From IMG/VR virus record IMGVR_UViG_3300025319_000005, positions 1-64,000 of that record: a stretch of DNA of 64,000 nucleotides; one strand, written 5' to 3'. Within the stretch, counting starts at the first letter, position 1. Each line of letters begins with the position of its first letter. The notes below the pieces were generated by a model. The model had not been told where the DNA came from and did not search any database. It worked only from the letters and a program-made list of their open reading frames with translations. Of this stretch, positions 1 through 10,964 are shown one piece after another. The translations under genes and the position numbers were made by a program.

Positions 1-666
1 TTATTGATTCTTTCATATTAAACGTTTTTATTAATGTATTTGTTTAAACCATCCGGCATTTTCCGCATTTGTGAAATCCATATCCGGATGATAAGTATGG
101 AAAACACATCCATAAATGATAGACTTTACCCTGAGTCTATGTTGAATTTCGTACAAAGACCTATCTTGTGATTGACATCTCTTCTTCCTAAGGTTACGAT
201 AGCTGGCACTAAACTCTTTTCCAGACATAGGAATAGCCTGCAGGTAGATAATTGTCTTTTCTTCTTTAGTTAGTGTTATGACCTTATTCATAAGTAAAAA
301 CAAATGTGTTATTTTTTATTTTAGCCTCAACAAGTCCATATGGCTCTTCATGAAAATAAGAATCACCGAGCTTGACATAATTTTTTTCATTTAATCCCAT
401 AATTAAAGACACAACTGATGTATTTGATAAAGCTGTAATTGTTTCTTTAATACAGATTCCTTCTTTATTAAATTCAAACAAACAAATGCAACCACTAACA
501 TTATTTAAAAGAATGTATTTATCTTCTTCATATGAGAAATCCACCTTTTGATTTTTTAAAACAGTGGATATATATTCTTTTGACTGGCTCAAATATTGAG
601 CTGATACATTCAAAGATATTAGCAAGAAAAAGATTATTGTTTTCATAATAATTATATTTAAAGTTG

Positions 667-999
667 CTATTGAATTTTTATTTTTTTATTTCCTTTTGTA
701 TCAATATGAGGTTTTAGAATGTCTAATGATTTGTCGCGCAATCCGATTCTTATTGCTGTATCCATTTCTCCTTCGCTAATTTTAGAATGGTTACAACTTT
801 TATCAGTACATCTCCACCTTATCCAAGCACGTTTCTTTAAAGAGCCTTTTATGTGTTTTTCAATAATCATCGGTTGTGAACAAACATCACAAGGCGTTTC
901 TAAATGAACTCTCGTAATTGGCTTCGTAACACCATTTTTACATAGTGTTGGAGTTGTTACATAAACTTTTTCTGTTTTCATTATTTTAGTATTTTTCAA
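667..999 (-). CDS. Hypothetical Zn-ribbon protein
   Basis: CDVC...CTDKSC Cys pairs. Confidence 0.4.
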   Translation of the reverse strand: MKNTKIMKTEKVYVTTPTLCKNGVTKPITRVHLETPCDVCSQPMIIEKHIKGSLKKRAWIRWRCTDKSCNHSKISEGEMDTAIRIGLRDKSLDILKPHIDTKGNKKIKIQ

Positions 1000-1233
1000 T
1001 CATTACTATTTTTGTTGACAAATTATTAGTTTGACGTCTCCAAAAATACATTTTGCTTTTATCAACATTAAGTGTTCCATCATATGAATAGTAATTTCCG
1101 CATCCTAAATATTCAATATTTTTAACATCTTCATAAGAATTTTTATACTTAGATGCATAATCTATTTCTAATATTTCCCCTTTTATTGTGGCGAATACTG
1201 GCCGTTTAGTTGAGATAAGTTCAAATACATTCA

Positions 1234-1554
1234 TTATTTTAATTTTCTTCTTTTCTTTTGTTTTACCTTTAAAAAATTAATTTCTTCCTTGAGAGATATA
1301 ATTAAATTGCTTTTATTTTCAATTAAAATAGAAATATCATTTACATCGTTCCACGCTTTTATTATTCCGCCTTCTGTGGTATTTTGCTTTATTTCATTAT
1401 TACACTTTTTACAAGTTGCAGTTGATATAAAGCCATATTTATCTTCATATTCTTCTATTTTTATATCATCATTGTCGCATTTTATACAGCTCGAAACAAA
1501 TAGCTCTACTATTTTTTCAGAAGATGGAATGTGTATTTTTTGTTTGTGTATCAT
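1234..1554 (-). CDS. Lar (restriction alleviation)-like Zn-finger protein
   Basis: CIKC...CKKC...IIKAWN pattern resembles the Lar family CxxC/CxxC/AWN signature. Confidence 0.35.
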   Translation of the reverse strand: MIHKQKIHIPSSEKIVELFVSSCIKCDNDDIKIEEYEDKYGFISTATCKKCNNEIKQNTTEGGIIKAWNDVNDISILIENKSNLIISLKEEINFLKVKQKKRRKLK

Positions 1555-1585
1555 TTTCCAAAGATAATAATATTTTCTTTATTTA

Positions 1586-1864
1586 CTAATTTTTTTCATT
1601 AAATTTATCAGTATTTTTTAAAAGGCTTATACTTTCATAGCTAAATTTTTCAGGTGAGCTCTTTTCAATTAAAACGCTACGAGTTAAAACATCTACACCT
1701 AATCTTTTTCTGTAATTGCATATTTTATAACCCATCTCACATTGTTCTTCTGTGTAATCATAAAACAATCCAAAAATATTATAAACATCATTTTTAAAAA
1801 CCGAATTATTTCCACAAATAGGACATTCTTTACCAGTGGATGATATTTTTTGTAAAGTTATCAT
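1586..1864 (-). CDS. Small Cys-rich protein carrying the TRxVLxEK tag
   Basis: CPIC...C...C and LTRSVLIEK. Confidence 0.6.
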   Translation of the reverse strand: MITLQKISSTGKECPICGNNSVFKNDVYNIFGLFYDYTEEQCEMGYKICNYRKRLGVDVLTRSVLIEKSSPEKFSYESISLLKNTDKFNEKN

Positions 1865-1873
1865 TTTTTACAA

Positions 1874-3007
1874 TTAAACGGATTTTTTATTTATTTGTTT
1901 GCAGTGCTTTTTTAGAATTACATAATTTTTGTGTTTGACTTCATCCACAACTGTATAAAAATCTGAAAACTTATAATATAAAAGCCAACTATATTCTGCA
2001 AATTCTCCATTATAACACTCTCTTACATGAAATATTTTTCCTATAAAATTTGTATACCACCAAGAAACGACCACCTCAACATCATTTTCAAATCTAAAAT
2101 CAGCGATTTCTATTCTGATGGGATATTTTTCTATTAATACACTTCTTGTTAAAATGCTGTATGATAAAAATTTATTCATATCTTCTTTGTACAATGTCTT
2201 TTTAAAATTACAGCTCCTATTATATTTCTTCCATAAAATTCTTCCAGAAATATTTGTTCTCCAATAAATTTTTTAAAAATATAAAGTTCATTATCATTCT
2301 GATAATCAGCAACCTGAAAAACCTCTCCAACAAATTCAGAATACCAATATAAGTTTAATAAATGAAAATCATCATGCGGTAATATTCTTACCTTTATAAA
2401 AGCTTTTTCAGTTAAAACTTCTCTTGTTGCTATATTGTTTTTCATACTGGTTTTTTGCAATGTTTCTTTAAAATATAGTCTCCTTCATTTTTTCCTTTTG
2501 TTGATACTGTATAAAAGTTGTTATAATTTGTTTTTGCAATCCATTCTTTATTAAAACTTGCAAAATCTTCTTTTGTACAATTATTCACATGAAAAATCAT
2601 TCCATTAAATTTTTCTTTAACATACCACCAAGTTCTAAATGGATGCTCAATATCTTCTCTGTTTGGTAAATATATTCTAATCCTAATTGGATATTTTTCA
2701 ACTAATACCTCTCGAGACGCTACATCTTCGTTTTTCATACCGGTTTTTTGCAATGTTTTTTTAAAATGATACTACCTTCTTCGGCTCCTCCTGAAACTTT
2801 ATAAAAATCTAAAGTGTTCCTACCTGTCCATGCTACACGTTTTGTGTCACTCAATTCTGTGACATGAAAACTTTCACCAATGCGTAGTTGATACCACCAA
2901 GATATATTGGCATCTGCATCACTTTCTAAAGAATAGTCAGACACGGTTATTCTTTTAGGGAATTTTTCAAACAACACTTCTCTATTTAAGGAGGGAGAAT
3001 TATCCAT
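1874..3007 (-). CDS. Four tandem paralogs (1874-2194, 2176-2460, 2442-2753, 2735-3007) with N-terminal RxVLxEK tag
   Basis: Shared REVLxEK(Y/F)P, W(W)Y..G..FHV and ILK(K/R)HC motifs; overlapping ends. Confidence 0.8.
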
Positions 3008-3084
3008 GAGCCTTGAGTATGTTTAAATTAATTTTAGGGAGAATTATACCAAAAGGTATGTATACCACTTGGTATAAAAATATT

Positions 3085-3825
3085 TCACAATTCATTAAGT
3101 TCTCTGTTTAAATTATTCTCTTTATTCATTTCTCCCCACATTCCTTTGTTATACATTGAAACGTATGTTTTGAATATATCCAATTCTTCTCTATGACTCA
3201 TTGAAAGTAATTTGCCAGCAGTTGTATATGAAAGTGCTTTAAATTTTGGATTTAATTCTTCTAAAAAAGTCCCATCTTCTAATTTATTCTGACTAAAATA
3301 TCCAGGAAATTTAAAAACAGGGAAAGACTCCATACAAAGACCATTCCTGTCTAATAAATCATAATTTAAACATGATTTAATAAATTCGTGCTTTGCACTT
3401 GCGGGTATTGCCAATAGCATAGAAAAAGAAAATTGATTACCGGAAACAAAAAGTTGATTATAATGACTTTTATTAATAAGTGGATTAATGTTGTAGACGT
3501 TATGAAAAATTTCTGATGATTCATTTAATATTATTTGAAGAATAATTATTCTTGCTATTATAATATTTGAAGACTTTTTTCTAAATATAATAGAAGATAG
3601 CTTTTTGCTTTCTTGATAAACTAAAACTATATTTTTATTTTCTTTAAAAGAAGTGCCAATGTATTTCTTTTCCTCTTTTGATAATGGTATTACCTCAGTT
3701 GATAAAAATTTTGTACGAGTTATAAAACCCATAATTAAATCCAGTCTTCTATTTGATTTTTCGACAAGAACAACTCTTGAAGAAGTATAATCATTATTTT
3801 TTATATGTGAGCTGGGCTTTTTCAT
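3085..3825 (-). CDS. Hypothetical protein with N-terminal SRVVLVEK tag
   Basis: 246-aa ORF with a tag variant. Confidence 0.6.
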   Translation of the reverse strand: MKKPSSHIKNNDYTSSRVVLVEKSNRRLDLIMGFITRTKFLSTEVIPLSKEEKKYIGTSFKENKNIVLVYQESKKLSSIIFRKKSSNIIIARIIILQIILNESSEIFHNVYNINPLINKSHYNQLFVSGNQFSFSMLLAIPASAKHEFIKSCLNYDLLDRNGLCMESFPVFKFPGYFSQNKLEDGTFLEELNPKFKALSYTTAGKLLSMSHREELDIFKTYVSMYNKGMWGEMNKENNLNRELNEL

Positions 3826-3844
3826 CTTATATATTAAACGAAAA

Positions 3845-4264
3845 TTATGATTTGAAGTTGTATTTTAAATCTGTAGCATCAATTAATTTAAAAAATTTTT
3901 CATCAAAAGTTGAACGTCCAAAATATAATTTTTTTTTAGTTGTAAATTCTTTTAACTTTTCAATGTGCTTTATTCCATTTAAAAATTTGATCACTTCCGT
4001 ACGCTTCATTTTAAACTTTCTTTCAAAGCCAATCCATATTAAATCATCAAACCAAAATATATCACCATAGTCTAAATTTGGCTCTCTAATTTCATATTGA
4101 AACAGAATCTTACCAGCCTTAACATAAAAATAAAAGTTTGGATATTCTTCACATGTATTAATTTCACATCCTTCCAAAAACGAAAGAAAAAACACTTCCA
4201 TATCATTTTTTAGTGAGAATTTTTCAGTTAGTACTTTCCGAGTTATGGACAATTTTACTTTCAT
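3845..4264 (-). CDS. Family A paralog (MKxEL.ITRKVLxEK family), no array
   Basis: ITRKVLTEKFS...FFLSFLEGCEI...YPNFYFYVK...IW..FE.K shared with the array-bearing paralogs. Confidence 0.8.
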   Translation of the reverse strand: MKVKLSITRKVLTEKFSLKNDMEVFFLSFLEGCEINTCEEYPNFYFYVKAGKILFQYEIREPNLDYGDIFWFDDLIWIGFERKFKMKRTEVIKFLNGIKHIEKLKEFTTKKKLYFGRSTFDEKFFKLIDATDLKYNFKS

Positions 4265-4270
4265 AATTTA

Positions 4271-4278
4271 CAAATATA
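4271..4278 (-). promoter_or_regulatory. Bacteroidota housekeeping -7 promoter box TAnnTTTG
   Basis: TATATTTG on the - strand 6 nt before the 4264 start. Equivalent boxes at 14664-14671, 38687-38694, 44600-44607, 49044-49051, 56166-56173 (-) and 50127-50134 (+). Confidence 0.6.
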
Positions 4279-4281
4279 GCA

Positions 4282-4307
4282 AAAAACCTCAATTAAGAGG
4301 GTTTTTG
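4282..4307 (-). terminator. Intrinsic terminator
   Basis: AAAAACCCTC-TTAATT-GAGGTTTTTT hairpin with U tract just after the 4316 stop. Confidence 0.65.
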
Positions 4308-4315
4308 TTTGAAAT

Positions 4316-4843
4316 TTATATCGTTCTCCCCTTCACCAATCGCTCTTTAGCTTTGAGCTTATTAAGCTTCTTAGCTTCAATTAAAAGGAACACGTTTCCA
4401 TCTTGTGTAACGTAATTCTTATTTGCGTACTGTATTGTTCCAACTCCTCCTGCCCATTCTTTTGACATTAAACTATAGCAACCCTCCCCACCATTATTTC
4501 CAAATAGAATAAACTTTCCATCGCCAACCTCAAAACTGAATAAAAATCTATTATCATCAAGAACTTGTTCCACAATACATTTTGTGTTTCTGGGTATAAT
4601 GACAGTTTCTATGTCATTTTTATTTATCATAAGGAGCATGCCATCAGAAATTTTTGCCTCGCCATCTTGATTGGCTTTTACTAAAACGATTTTCCCAGAA
4701 GTATAGAATTGTATCTTCTTTAGTTTTTCTTCAGAAAATTGGTATTCCTTTTGAATGCTTGACGTGTAGGCTATTTTCTTCGAAACACAAGAAGAAAATA
4801 AAAGGGAGATTAATACTGACAATATTAAAATTAAATTTTTCAT
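4316..4843 (-). CDS. Lipoprotein of unknown function
   Basis: Hydrophobic N-terminus with LFSSC lipobox. Confidence 0.55.
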   Translation of the reverse strand: MKNLILILSVLISLLFSSCVSKKIAYTSSIQKEYQFSEEKLKKIQFYTSGKIVLVKANQDGEAKISDGMLLMINKNDIETVIIPRNTKCIVEQVLDDNRFLFSFEVGDGKFILFGNNGGEGCYSLMSKEWAGGVGTIQYANKNYVTQDGNVFLLIEAKKLNKLKAKERLVKGRTI

Positions 4844-5823
4844 AACGTTGTTTTTAAGTGAATTTATGTTTTATTGAATTGCTCCAGCTGCTTTTGTGGT
4901 TTTGACGTATATTACTCCGGCAATAGCCGTCATAAATATTCCCACAACCATTCCAATATTCCTTTTGACTTCCTGGGTTATTGGACCGGCTACTTTATTT
5001 GAAACTTGATTATTACTTTTATTTCTGAATATGGGCTGTGAAATTCCATTTCCATAACTTGATGAACTTCTCCAGTTTTCTGCTGATTCTGGAGAGGCTG
5101 TATAACTTTCGTAAGTTTTCTTGTTATCTTCCCTGATGTTTTTTTGAGCAAAACAAAAAGTTGAGATACAAATAATTGATAAAATTAAAATTTCTTTTTT
5201 CATGGCGTTTGTTTTGTGGTTTTTAACTTACTTTTTTCTTTTATTTCACCCATAGCTTGATAAATATACAATTTACCAAAATAACTTCTTGGCATCTTAT
5301 CAACAAGATTACTCAGTCCTTTTTCGTCTTTTCGTTTTAAACAATCGGAAATATAATCTTTAATTAAATTATCCATTTTACGCTCTTCTTTAATTTGAGC
5401 CAAATGTGCTTCCTCTATCTTTTTGGATAGGTTTTTAATTTTTAAATCTGAAGGAGGTTCCATGTTGCTTGTTTTTATAATGTTAATTTAATCTACCTGC
5501 ATCATCCTATTCATCACATGTTCAACAAATTTCTTCCTATTTGCTGTTTTTTCTATGAGAGTAGCTTTACTCTCTCTTTGTTCTGTTAAGTGAAGCTCTC
5601 TTACTTTACAAAACCATTCTTCAAAACCTCCAGCAAATTCCTGTGGACGTTGACGGGTTGTTTTTGAGTGTTTAGCTATAACATATTTTGGATCATAGTA
5701 AGCATCTCGTTTGATATCAAGAATGTCTTTTATTAATTTTTCTCTATCTTCATCATATAAAACTATGATTGGTTCTGAACTTGTTCTGTCTGCTAACATT
5801 TTGTGTGTTTTATTGTTGGTTTA

Positions 5824-5860
5824 TAATGTACTATACGAAATATAAAATTAAGGTGTTACA
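5824..5860 (-). promoter_or_regulatory. ECF-type phage promoter copy 1
   Basis: TGTAAC-N17-CGTATAGTACATTA upstream of 5799. Confidence 0.8.
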
Positions 5861-5923
5861 AAAATGATATATTTATTGATAATTTTTTATTAAAAACTTA
5901 TATTTATAGGAAAGCACAAATAT

Positions 5924-6901
5924 ATGAAAAAAATAAGACAAATAATAAGAAAGTTTCTTTTTGAAGCACATGGAATTCAAATTAGCGTTCACGAATTTTC
6001 AAAAGAGATAGCAACTGATATGTTAGGTGTTATAGAAGATAATTTTATAAGAATGAATAATGGAAGAGAATGGAAATTTGAAGTAGATTTTCAGTCTCCA
6101 GAAACCATAAAAAAAGACACAAAAATAAATATAGTTAAAATTGGATTTACTTTTATTTCTTCTGAGGTGTTTAAGGTGAGTGGAAGTTTTGATCCAAATA
6201 GAACAGTGCTTTTAACTGATGATAATTATAATGTTTTTATAAAATTAGAAATAGAAACAAATACAATAGAAAACGTTTTACAACAAATAGAATCAGTTGT
6301 TTCGCATGAACTTAATCATGCATTTGTTCATATAAAAGGACTGTCAGGTAAATTAAAAGCAAAAAACTTAAATTACTCAAATAAATTCACACGAGGAGAA
6401 TTAAAAACCTTAATAGATAAAACTCCAGCACTTAAGGAATTTACAAAAATGATTTATATGGCAAATCCTTATGAAGTGCAATCAAGAGTGCAACAATCAG
6501 CGTTAGAACTTAAATATATAGACAAAAAAGAAGCAAAAGATACTATAGATGCACTACTTCAGTACGCACCATTAAGAGATGCTAAAATGATGATTTCTTA
6601 TAATTTGGATGAAATAAATAAAGTTGATGGCCAGATATTAGAAAATTTCGTTAAAAAGTTTAATGACAACATTAAGTCAGCTTCAAAAGAAGAAAATCCA
6701 AAAACAATTTATAAAGTAGATAAGTTTTTTGATTATTGGAAAGATGTAATAAATAATGCCGGCGATAAACTTGCAAGGAAAATATATAAAATTGTCGCAG
6801 ATAAACATCAAATACACGAGGGTTGTGTTTATGAATTAACGGATGGAGGAGCTTATAACATAATATTCGGAGAATCATACGGATATAATAGCCATGGCTA
6901 A
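5924..6901 (+). CDS. HExxH-containing protein, possible late/virion gene
   Basis: SHELNHA motif; one of only two credible + strand genes; two TATATTTAT boxes upstream. Confidence 0.5.
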   Translation: MKKIRQIIRKFLFEAHGIQISVHEFSKEIATDMLGVIEDNFIRMNNGREWKFEVDFQSPETIKKDTKINIVKIGFTFISSEVFKVSGSFDPNRTVLLTDDNYNVFIKLEIETNTIENVLQQIESVVSHELNHAFVHIKGLSGKLKAKNLNYSNKFTRGELKTLIDKTPALKEFTKMIYMANPYEVQSRVQQSALELKYIDKKEAKDTIDALLQYAPLRDAKMMISYNLDEINKVDGQILENFVKKFNDNIKSASKEENPKTIYKVDKFFDYWKDVINNAGDKLARKIYKIVADKHQIHEGCVYELTDGGAYNIIFGESYGYNSHG

Positions 6902-6904
6902 CAT

Positions 6905-6941
6905 AAAAAATCCTGCCCAGAATATCTGAAACAGGATTTTT
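6905..6941. terminator. Bidirectional terminator between convergent genes
   Basis: AAAAAATCCTG...CAGGATTTTT inverted repeat. Confidence 0.6.
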
Positions 6942-6959
6942 AAAAATCACTTTTGAATT

Positions 6960-8066
6960 TTAAGACAACACAGATTCAAATACATTCCTATTAGCTTTGA
7001 TAATGGATTTAAGCTCTGATTTTCCACGATGTATTGTTGCTTTTATTGTTCCCAAAGGAATATTAAGCTCTTCTGCGATTTCGTTATAGGATTTCTCTTC
7101 AACAAAACGTTTATTCATAATAATACGGCAATTTTCTCCCAGTTTATTTACCGCCTTATTTATTAAAGATTTTTTTTGCTCTGTAATTAATATTTCTTCT
7201 GGATTAAGTGTTCCATCATCTTTCACATCAAATGAAGAATATTCATCCCCTTCGTTTCTCATTTTCTCAGAAGAAACTCCAGCACTCAAAGAAATTGTTT
7301 CCAATCTTTTTTTACGTGTGTAATCAATTAAAAAATTAGAAGCAATACGGCTTATCCAGCTATTAAACGTAAACGTCGGTTTGTACTGGTGAAGTTTTTC
7401 GAACACTCTAACGAATAACTCTGCAGTTAGGTCATCTGCCAAATCTTTATCAAATTTTAAACTTGAAGTATATTTATAATTTATTATAGCATAATAACGT
7501 TTATATAAAACAGAAAATTTTTCTTTTTTTCCAGATAAAATTTCATTTACAGCGTTAATATCTTCTTGATCTATTTTAGAAAAAACTTTTGTAGCAACAG
7601 AATTTTCTTTCGTTGCGACTTCTTTAATTATTTGTTCAACTTCTGTTACGGTTAAAACTTCCTCTGGTTTAGTTAAAACTTCTTTAAGAACCGGTTTAAC
7701 TTCTTTTTCAGGAGTAACAGTGCTGGATTTTGCAGGTTTAACCAATTTATTGATTTTATAATTTTTTTCTTTAGAAGAAGCAAATGTAACTTCAATCAAT
7801 TTATTTAATGAATTAATTCCTGACTTTAAACAATAACCCAAAAAAACTATGTTTTCTCCACTTAAATTTAAAATATCAACTATTCCAATTCTATCATTCG
7901 ATATTTTTTTAGCACCTGATTTTGATGGGTATGACCAATCTTTCCCTTTTCGCATAGCTTTGGTAAGTGGAAATACTCTTACGTTTAACTTATCATTTTT
8001 TACTTTCCCCATTAAAGAATATAATGGAGCCAATTTGATTGCTGAAATTTTTCCTGTGTTTTTCAT
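6960..8066 (-). CDS. ECF (sigma-70 group 4) RNA polymerase sigma factor with ~160-aa N-terminal extension
   Basis: Region 2 (DLTAELFVRVFEKLHQYKPTFTFNSWISRIASNFLIDYTRKK) and region 4 (KRFVEEKSYNEIAEELNIPLGTIKATIHRGKSELK), SigW/RpoE-like. Confidence 0.9.
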   Translation of the reverse strand: MKNTGKISAIKLAPLYSLMGKVKNDKLNVRVFPLTKAMRKGKDWSYPSKSGAKKISNDRIGIVDILNLSGENIVFLGYCLKSGINSLNKLIEVTFASSKEKNYKINKLVKPAKSSTVTPEKEVKPVLKEVLTKPEEVLTVTEVEQIIKEVATKENSVATKVFSKIDQEDINAVNEILSGKKEKFSVLYKRYYAIINYKYTSSLKFDKDLADDLTAELFVRVFEKLHQYKPTFTFNSWISRIASNFLIDYTRKKRLETISLSAGVSSEKMRNEGDEYSSFDVKDDGTLNPEEILITEQKKSLINKAVNKLGENCRIIMNKRFVEEKSYNEIAEELNIPLGTIKATIHRGKSELKSIIKANRNVFESVLS

Positions 8067-8629
8067 TTTTTCCGTTTTTTAAAGGTTTGTTTGCTCTTAT
8101 TTATAGTTCTTCTTCAAGTATTTGTTTATTATCTAAATCAGCCAAAGCCATTGCAATATTGAATTCTCCAATCAAAACCGCTTTTGCAAAATTTCCATGA
8201 TTTTTATCCCATTCTTGAGAAATTGTGCTTTCCTTATTAATAATACGTTTACACATATCTGCTATTACTAAGTTTTTAGAAAGCTGAAGCCTTTCTATCA
8301 TTTCCATGGCTGTTAACCAAATTGTTTTTGTTTTCACGTTATCTTTTTTTAAATTAAATGTTAATCTGGGTTTTATTTCTTTAATTTCTTTTTTTCCAAA
8401 TTCAAAATCAAAATAGTCTAAATCGTTAACATCATAAGAGTATTCATTATCTGCATCTAATTTTTCTTCAAGACGAACATCATTATCCTTTTTGATAACT
8501 GTTCTACGAATGCGAGAAGTTGATTTTTTCATATCTTTTTTCACATGAGTAGCCCATTCTCCATTGAGTGCTGAATTTAACTTATTTCCCGGTCTAACTT
8601 TTCCCATTACTTTGTGTTTATTTGTTTTA

Positions 8630-8666
8630 TAATGTACTATACAAAATTTAAATGACAGGTGTTACA
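8630..8666 (-). promoter_or_regulatory. ECF-type phage promoter copy 2 (heads the unit containing the sigma gene)
   Basis: TGTAAC-N17-TGTATAGTACATTA upstream of 8607. Confidence 0.8.
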
Positions 8667-8671
8667 AAATA

Positions 8672-9058
8672 TTAAAATAATTCCTTAACTGACTTTCCTC
8701 TATTAGAAAGTATGCCATGTTTAACTTTAGCTATTTTATCATCAGCATCAAGAATGTCATCAACATGCCTTAATCTTAATTTTTCAATAAAAGATTCCAC
8801 ATCTTCTTTAAGACAAAAACCAAAATACTTATTAAACAAAGTGTCAGATTTAAATCTTTCATCATCTATTTTGCCTAAATCTTCAATCCATACATGCCTA
8901 AATCCAACCATTATTTGTTTAGGAAATGACCAGATTTTTTCTTTCTTAACTGCAAGCGGTAGAGCTTTTACTTTAATACTAATTCCAGACTTTACATCTA
9001 AAGAACTGGAAACTAAATAAAGCTGAGCGTCTGTTATATCTAAATCGTCGATTTTCAT
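8672..9058 (-). CDS. Hypothetical protein resembling the N-terminal extension of the ECF sigma
   Basis: I.V..LPL...K.K.WS(F/Y)P...G(F/Y)CLK pattern shared with the sigma N-terminus. Confidence 0.45.
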   Translation of the reverse strand: MKIDDLDITDAQLYLVSSSLDVKSGISIKVKALPLAVKKEKIWSFPKQIMVGFRHVWIEDLGKIDDERFKSDTLFNKYFGFCLKEDVESFIEKLRLRHVDDILDADDKIAKVKHGILSNRGKSVKELF

Positions 9059-9463
9059 TTTAGATTGTTTTGAAGTTTACAATTTATAATTTCTCTTGTT
9101 TCTACATTTTTTTGAACAATTTGTATATGAATTCTTGCGTTATCCTTTCCATTCCATTTAACCTTCAAACCATTTCTTTCAAGTACATCAACAATTTCTT
9201 TACCTTTACCAGACCAAGATAGATAACATCCTTGACTTTCTTTTAAAGAATCTAAATCTTGATTATGATAAAAAATCACTTTATCATATTGTACATCTGG
9301 GACATCTGACCACCCACAAGAATTACAACAAGTATGATTCTCTTTAGCAAAATAACCCAAAGCTCTTAATTCATTAAAAGCATTTTTAATTGGAGCCCGG
9401 AATGAAAATTCTTTTTTTTCTGATTTAACTTTACCTTTTTTAATGATGTATAATTTCTGTTTA

Positions 9464-9500
9464 TAATGTACTATACAAGAAAAAATTGAGAGGTGTTACA
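9464..9500 (-). promoter_or_regulatory. ECF-type phage promoter copy 3
   Basis: TGTAAC-N17-TGTATAGTACATTA. Confidence 0.8.
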
Positions 9501-9518
9501 AATTCACTAATTTTTTAA

Positions 9519-10001
9519 TTATGCTATTGATAATTTGCCATTCATTGTTTTTACTATTTGTTCCAACGGAGATTCTATTTTTTGAATTATAGTATTATTA
9601 ATTAAACTTTGAGATTTTATGTAATCATTCTTTTTATTTTGATAATATATTTTTTGCTTATTATTTAAAATTAATCTTTTTTCTTTAATTTTTTCTCTTT
9701 GTTGTTTTAATACTAATCCACAAACTCCTTTGTATAATAAATTTAATCCACTATTTAAACAATCAAATAATTTTATGTAATATGATTCAGCATCATCCAA
9801 TTTTTCTTTTTCGCAAATATGTATTATTTCAAAAATGTGGTTCTCGTATTTATATTTTTTTAAAGAGTTATATAGTTGCCTTTGACCTTTACAATTATAT
9901 AACTTATAAGCATTCCATCTTTTTTCTATATTTATAGATTTACCTATATAAATTTTTCCGTTTGGTGATGTTATTTTATAGATTCCACAAGTTTGTTTCA
10001 T
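9519..10001 (-). CDS. GIY-YIG endonuclease
   Basis: CGIYKITSPNGKIYIGKSINIEKRW; E..YI..F; start overlaps the recombinase stop (ATGA). Confidence 0.85.
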   Translation of the reverse strand: MKQTCGIYKITSPNGKIYIGKSINIEKRWNAYKLYNCKGQRQLYNSLKKYKYENHIFEIIHICEKEKLDDAESYYIKLFDCLNSGLNLLYKGVCGLVLKQQREKIKEKRLILNNKQKIYYQNKKNDYIKSQSLINNTIIQKIESPLEQIVKTMNGKLSIA

Positions 10002-10855
10002 AAATGAATATTACTAATAGGAGACGCAATTTTACTTATTAAATTATGTGAAATATGAGTGTAAATTGAAGTTGTTTTTACAGAAGAATGACCTAACAAT
10101 TTTTGAATAAGATTTATATCGACACCATTTTCAACCATATGAGTAGCTGATGTGTGTCTCATTAAGTGAGTATAAACTCTTTTGTTATCTATCCCGGCTT
10201 TCTTTGCCAATTGTTTAATTACATTACCAACGCTGTGTTCGGAATATTGTTCAGCATTATTTTGTCCAGTTAAAACATAAACAAACTGGTCTTTTTTTAT
10301 ATTGTACTCTTTGCAATAGTCTTTTAATATTATAATCAATTGTTCATTTAATCCAACTTGACGGTCTTTATTTCCCTTTGCTTGAATTACATTTATAATC
10401 ATTCGGCTCCGGTCAATGTGTTCCCATTTTAAATTTAATAATTCTGAAACCCGGAGGGAACAAGAATAAAGTAGGGCAAGAATCACTTTATGCTTTTTGT
10501 TTTCGCAGGCGTCAAACATTCGTTGGATTTCATTTACAGATAAAACAATCGGCAGTTTTTTGTTTTTCCTTGGACGTTCTATGTATTTGAATTTTTCAAT
10601 TCCGACCCTTGCAATTTTTTCATAATAAATTTTAATAGCTGAATGGTATCCTGAATGTGTTGATGGTTCCTTAAACTGACCAAGAAACTCAATTATCATT
10701 GTGGTATTAATTCTGTCTGGGTGCGTTACCCCTTTCTTTTCAAAATAAGCAAGAAATCCAGTGAAGTTGCTACAATAGTTAGAAACTGAATTTGGCGAGT
10801 AATTTCGGAACTCCATATAATTTCGGAGCTTCTGTACTGGGTCTGAAATTTCCAT
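9998..10855 (-). CDS. Tyrosine recombinase/integrase (XerD-like, N-terminal SAM-like domain)
   Basis: Catalytic R (SLRVSE), K (AKGNKDR), HxxRH (HLMRH), LLGHS and Y (TSIYTH) all intact. Confidence 0.95.
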   Translation of the reverse strand: MEISDPVQKLRNYMEFRNYSPNSVSNYCSNFTGFLAYFEKKGVTHPDRINTTMIIEFLGQFKEPSTHSGYHSAIKIYYEKIARVGIEKFKYIERPRKNKKLPIVLSVNEIQRMFDACENKKHKVILALLYSCSLRVSELLNLKWEHIDRSRMIINVIQAKGNKDRQVGLNEQLIIILKDYCKEYNIKKDQFVYVLTGQNNAEQYSEHSVGNVIKQLAKKAGIDNKRVYTHLMRHTSATHMVENGVDINLIQKLLGHSSVKTTSIYTHISHNLISKIASPISNIHL

Positions 10856-10908
10856 GTCTAAATGTATTGATTTTATTAATACTTCAATAAGTGTGCCACA
10901 TATATAAT

Positions 10909-10915
10909 GTTATGT
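10909..10915 (-). mobile_element. Lone attC R''-like half site / attI-like junction
   Basis: ACATAAC on the - strand, preceded by the same GAGTGCGGTGGC-TTTT flank seen before the full hairpins; no matching arm. Confidence 0.4.
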
Positions 10916-10964
10916 TCAATTGTTTGTTGTTTAATTTTAAAAGCCACCGCACTCCTTTGTTTTT

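Noticed and set aside
9998-10855. Assigning intI or xerC/xerD as gene symbol
   Set aside because: Lacks the IntI-specific insertion, and there is no evidence for dif-type function; left as a generic tyrosine recombinase
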